DNA of 64,000 nt from Paragordius varius (lineage: Eukaryota; Animalia; Nematomorpha). The position numbers and the translations under genes were made by a program. This document shows, in pieces, positions 61,944-64,000 of the stretch (the stretch's first letter is position 1; each line of letters begins with the position of its first letter). The notes below the pieces were generated by a model, which worked only from the letters and a program-made list of their open reading frames with translations, was not told the DNA's origin and searched no databases. The stretch covers positions 868,001 to 932,000 of the forward strand of contig OZ176059.1 of the NCBI GenBank assembly GCA_964247055.1, written 5' to 3'.

Positions 61944-61956
61944 TTCGACCGCGCCA
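61944..61956 (-). promoter_or_regulatory. Primer-binding site
   Basis: TGGCGCGGTCGAA lies 2 nt inside the 5' LTR. The TGGCG start complements a tRNA 3' CCA end; a Ser-type primer is only a guess. Confidence 0.75.
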
Positions 61957-61958
61957 AA

Positions 61959-62223
61959 TGTAGTAAATCAAGAAACCGTAAAACAATAAGATTTATTGAG
62001 ATAAAATGCAAAAACTAAACTACATACAGTTTGCGATGTATATATACTTTTTGTGAATACAATATTTACATGTTAAGCCAAGGTAAAATAACTTGTGCAG
62101 GTTAAATACAAAATTGATACAATCGTTTAACTCATATATAAAAGGTCATCAAAATGGATTCAAATCTAATATATAAATTGGTCTTGTCTAAGGTTAACTA
62201 ACTTGATGTATTCTAATCTATCA
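61959..62223 (-). repeat. 5' LTR (265 bp)
   Basis: Direct repeat of 57899-58163. Confidence 0.97.
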
Positions 62224-62885
62224 ACCGTTAAAAAATATGGATCGCTTATTAATGCAGTGATTTTTTATCATAACCTGACATCTTCAGACCTGAAACCTAA
62301 TCAAATTTCTATTTTATTAGTGAAAACCAAAGAATATAATTTTTATATCAAAATATCATATGTATTTAATGTTATGTGAAACAGATGTATTACAATTTTT
62401 GACTATTATTTAACCAAGTGGTCATATTTACAGTCGCGAATGCAATTATAATTATGTTGGAATCTTAATGGTTATTTAAAATCGACAACCCTAACTTTTT
62501 GTTACCAAGGTTGCGCATGAAGAAGTAGACGAAGGCTTGAAAATTTTAGGCGAAGTTTGGCTTCTACCTTTAAAAAGTTACAACTATATAAAGATTTTTG
62601 AATCTTCCCATCTTAATTGTCCGATAAGTATGCTTTTTGAGGATTGTTCTTAGAAATAATATGTTTAGCTATTCAGAGCATATCTATTTATGATTTTAAA
62701 GCAATAATCCATAGCCTTAACATTCGCAATAAAACCAGACAAATTAGTTAAAGATATATTTCACTTTAAAACCTTTTTCATAAGTTTATCTTTTTTTCGT
62801 TTAAGACTACTAGTTCCACCCATATACATTTTTTTCGGCTCGTCAATTTTTGTTTAAGGACCATCGTTATAGAATAATATATAAA

Positions 62886-64000
62886 CTAGCGTGCTACGTA
62901 GCCCGAGGGCAAATTTTTTGCCTTTATACGCGTATGATCTCAATAATTTTGGCGAAAAATAGCCTCAAAAACATATTGTTGAACGGGTTTAAGGGTATAA
63001 AGGCCTCAATCACATTAAATTTAAACAATTTTACAAATAAATATTATTCAAGAATCTTAGTGTAAAAAAACAGAGCTATTATTGGGTGAAACTTGCAAAA
63101 AAGCTTTATTTAAGATCGGGTATATAAATAATAAAAAAGACATGTATGATTTTGTCTTTATGGAGTAAAGAGGTTTGGCTTACATACATTAGGAAAATTC
63201 CTATATATATATATATATATATATTAATTCATAACCTGTGATGCAGTTGATCACTGTAATCAGTGTAATTTGTCCCTATGGAGTAGGTATATATGGCCTA
63301 CACATAATTGGATTGGAGCCTGCGAAGCCACTATTTAAAAAAGGGCTCAACAAAATTGTGATCCATATATGTGGATTATTTCGAAACATTATTTAATAGT
63401 TATGATCTCATTTCAAACGGTGCTTCTTAGAATTTTTAAAATGTGCATTCATATTAATATATTGTTTACTGGGGTAAAGGCCCCAAAGTGACGTCTGGAA
63501 AAAACCGCTATGCTATAATTTTTACCTTTTTATGGGTATTATTCAAAGCGTTTATTGAACTCGTATGGTTTCTTAAGTTTTTTGAATTAGCTCCAAAACC
63601 ACGCTATTTTTGTATGGCTTCTCAGTTTTAAACCCGTATACCCCTACCCATAGGCCTATATGGAAAAAACGCTGAGTTTTCTTTGTGTTAATAAATATTT
63701 GGAATCATGTTTGATACCGTCGTCTAATGGGTTATAAAAATCTTAGCACTAAATAATCGTTATATGATGACGTATTTTTAGGGCATAAAGGCCCCAAATT
63801 AACGGCTAATAAAAAACGCCTGACCTTACTTTATACCTAGTTACGGGTAATATTTCAATTAATGAGCTCATATGACTTCATAAATAATCTGTAAATTAAC
63901 TCTAAAACAACGCAATTTCAATATAGTGGCGCAGTTTTTGGTGGGTGACCCCTTACCCAAGGGCAGGCATAAAAAAGCGTTGGGCAAAATTTTTGCCTTT
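62886..64000 (-). mobile_element. Non-autonomous Helitron copy (3' end at 62886; runs off the window)
   Basis: Minus strand GCCCTCGGGCTACGTAGCACG-CTAG|T. It is collinear with 36600-39874 without the nested inserts. Confidence 0.8.

Larger units (their letters stand above)
57899..62223 (-). mobile_element. Full-length Ty3/gypsy LTR retrotransposon (Mag-like), 4,325 bp, recent
   Basis: TG...CA 265-bp LTRs with 2 mismatches, a 5-bp TSD ACCGT (57894-57898 and 62224-62228), PBS, PPT and gag-PR-RT-RH-IN order. No env or chromodomain was seen. Confidence 0.97.

Overview
Eukaryotic, very AT-rich, intron-containing animal DNA (the RXR motif PPxHPLSxSKHLC points to a protostome; the taxon cannot be determined from sequence alone). 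It holds two host genes arranged tail to tail. (1) A 7-exon RXR/USP (NR2B) nuclear receptor on + (13092/13326-27554). Two of its exons (23321-23447, 27394-27554) are missing from the ORF track. It has a huge Asn/Thr/His-rich A/B region, an RXR-type ligand pocket, an altered AF-2 helix and an approximately 174-aa Asn-rich F domain. (2) An FGF-family ligand on - (54657 down to about 47200). About 850 aa precede the FGF core, including an internal transmembrane segment and furin-type sites, and the best candidate last exon is interrupted by a MITE and a TGA. The rest is a dense transposon landscape: a young, near-intact 4,325-bp Ty3/gypsy (Mag-like) LTR element with a single frameshift before integrase, non-autonomous Helitrons with internal tandem arrays, a three-level nested insertion, CAC...GTG elements with 3-bp TSDs (two of them foldback-like), a GGG-ended element with an AAT TSD, at least five TA-CAGT...ACTG-TA MITE families, hAT and RTE relics, and (TA)n tracts. 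I found no CRISPR array, tRNA or rRNA. All alignments and counts were made by eye, and superfamily labels for non-autonomous elements rest only on termini and TSDs.
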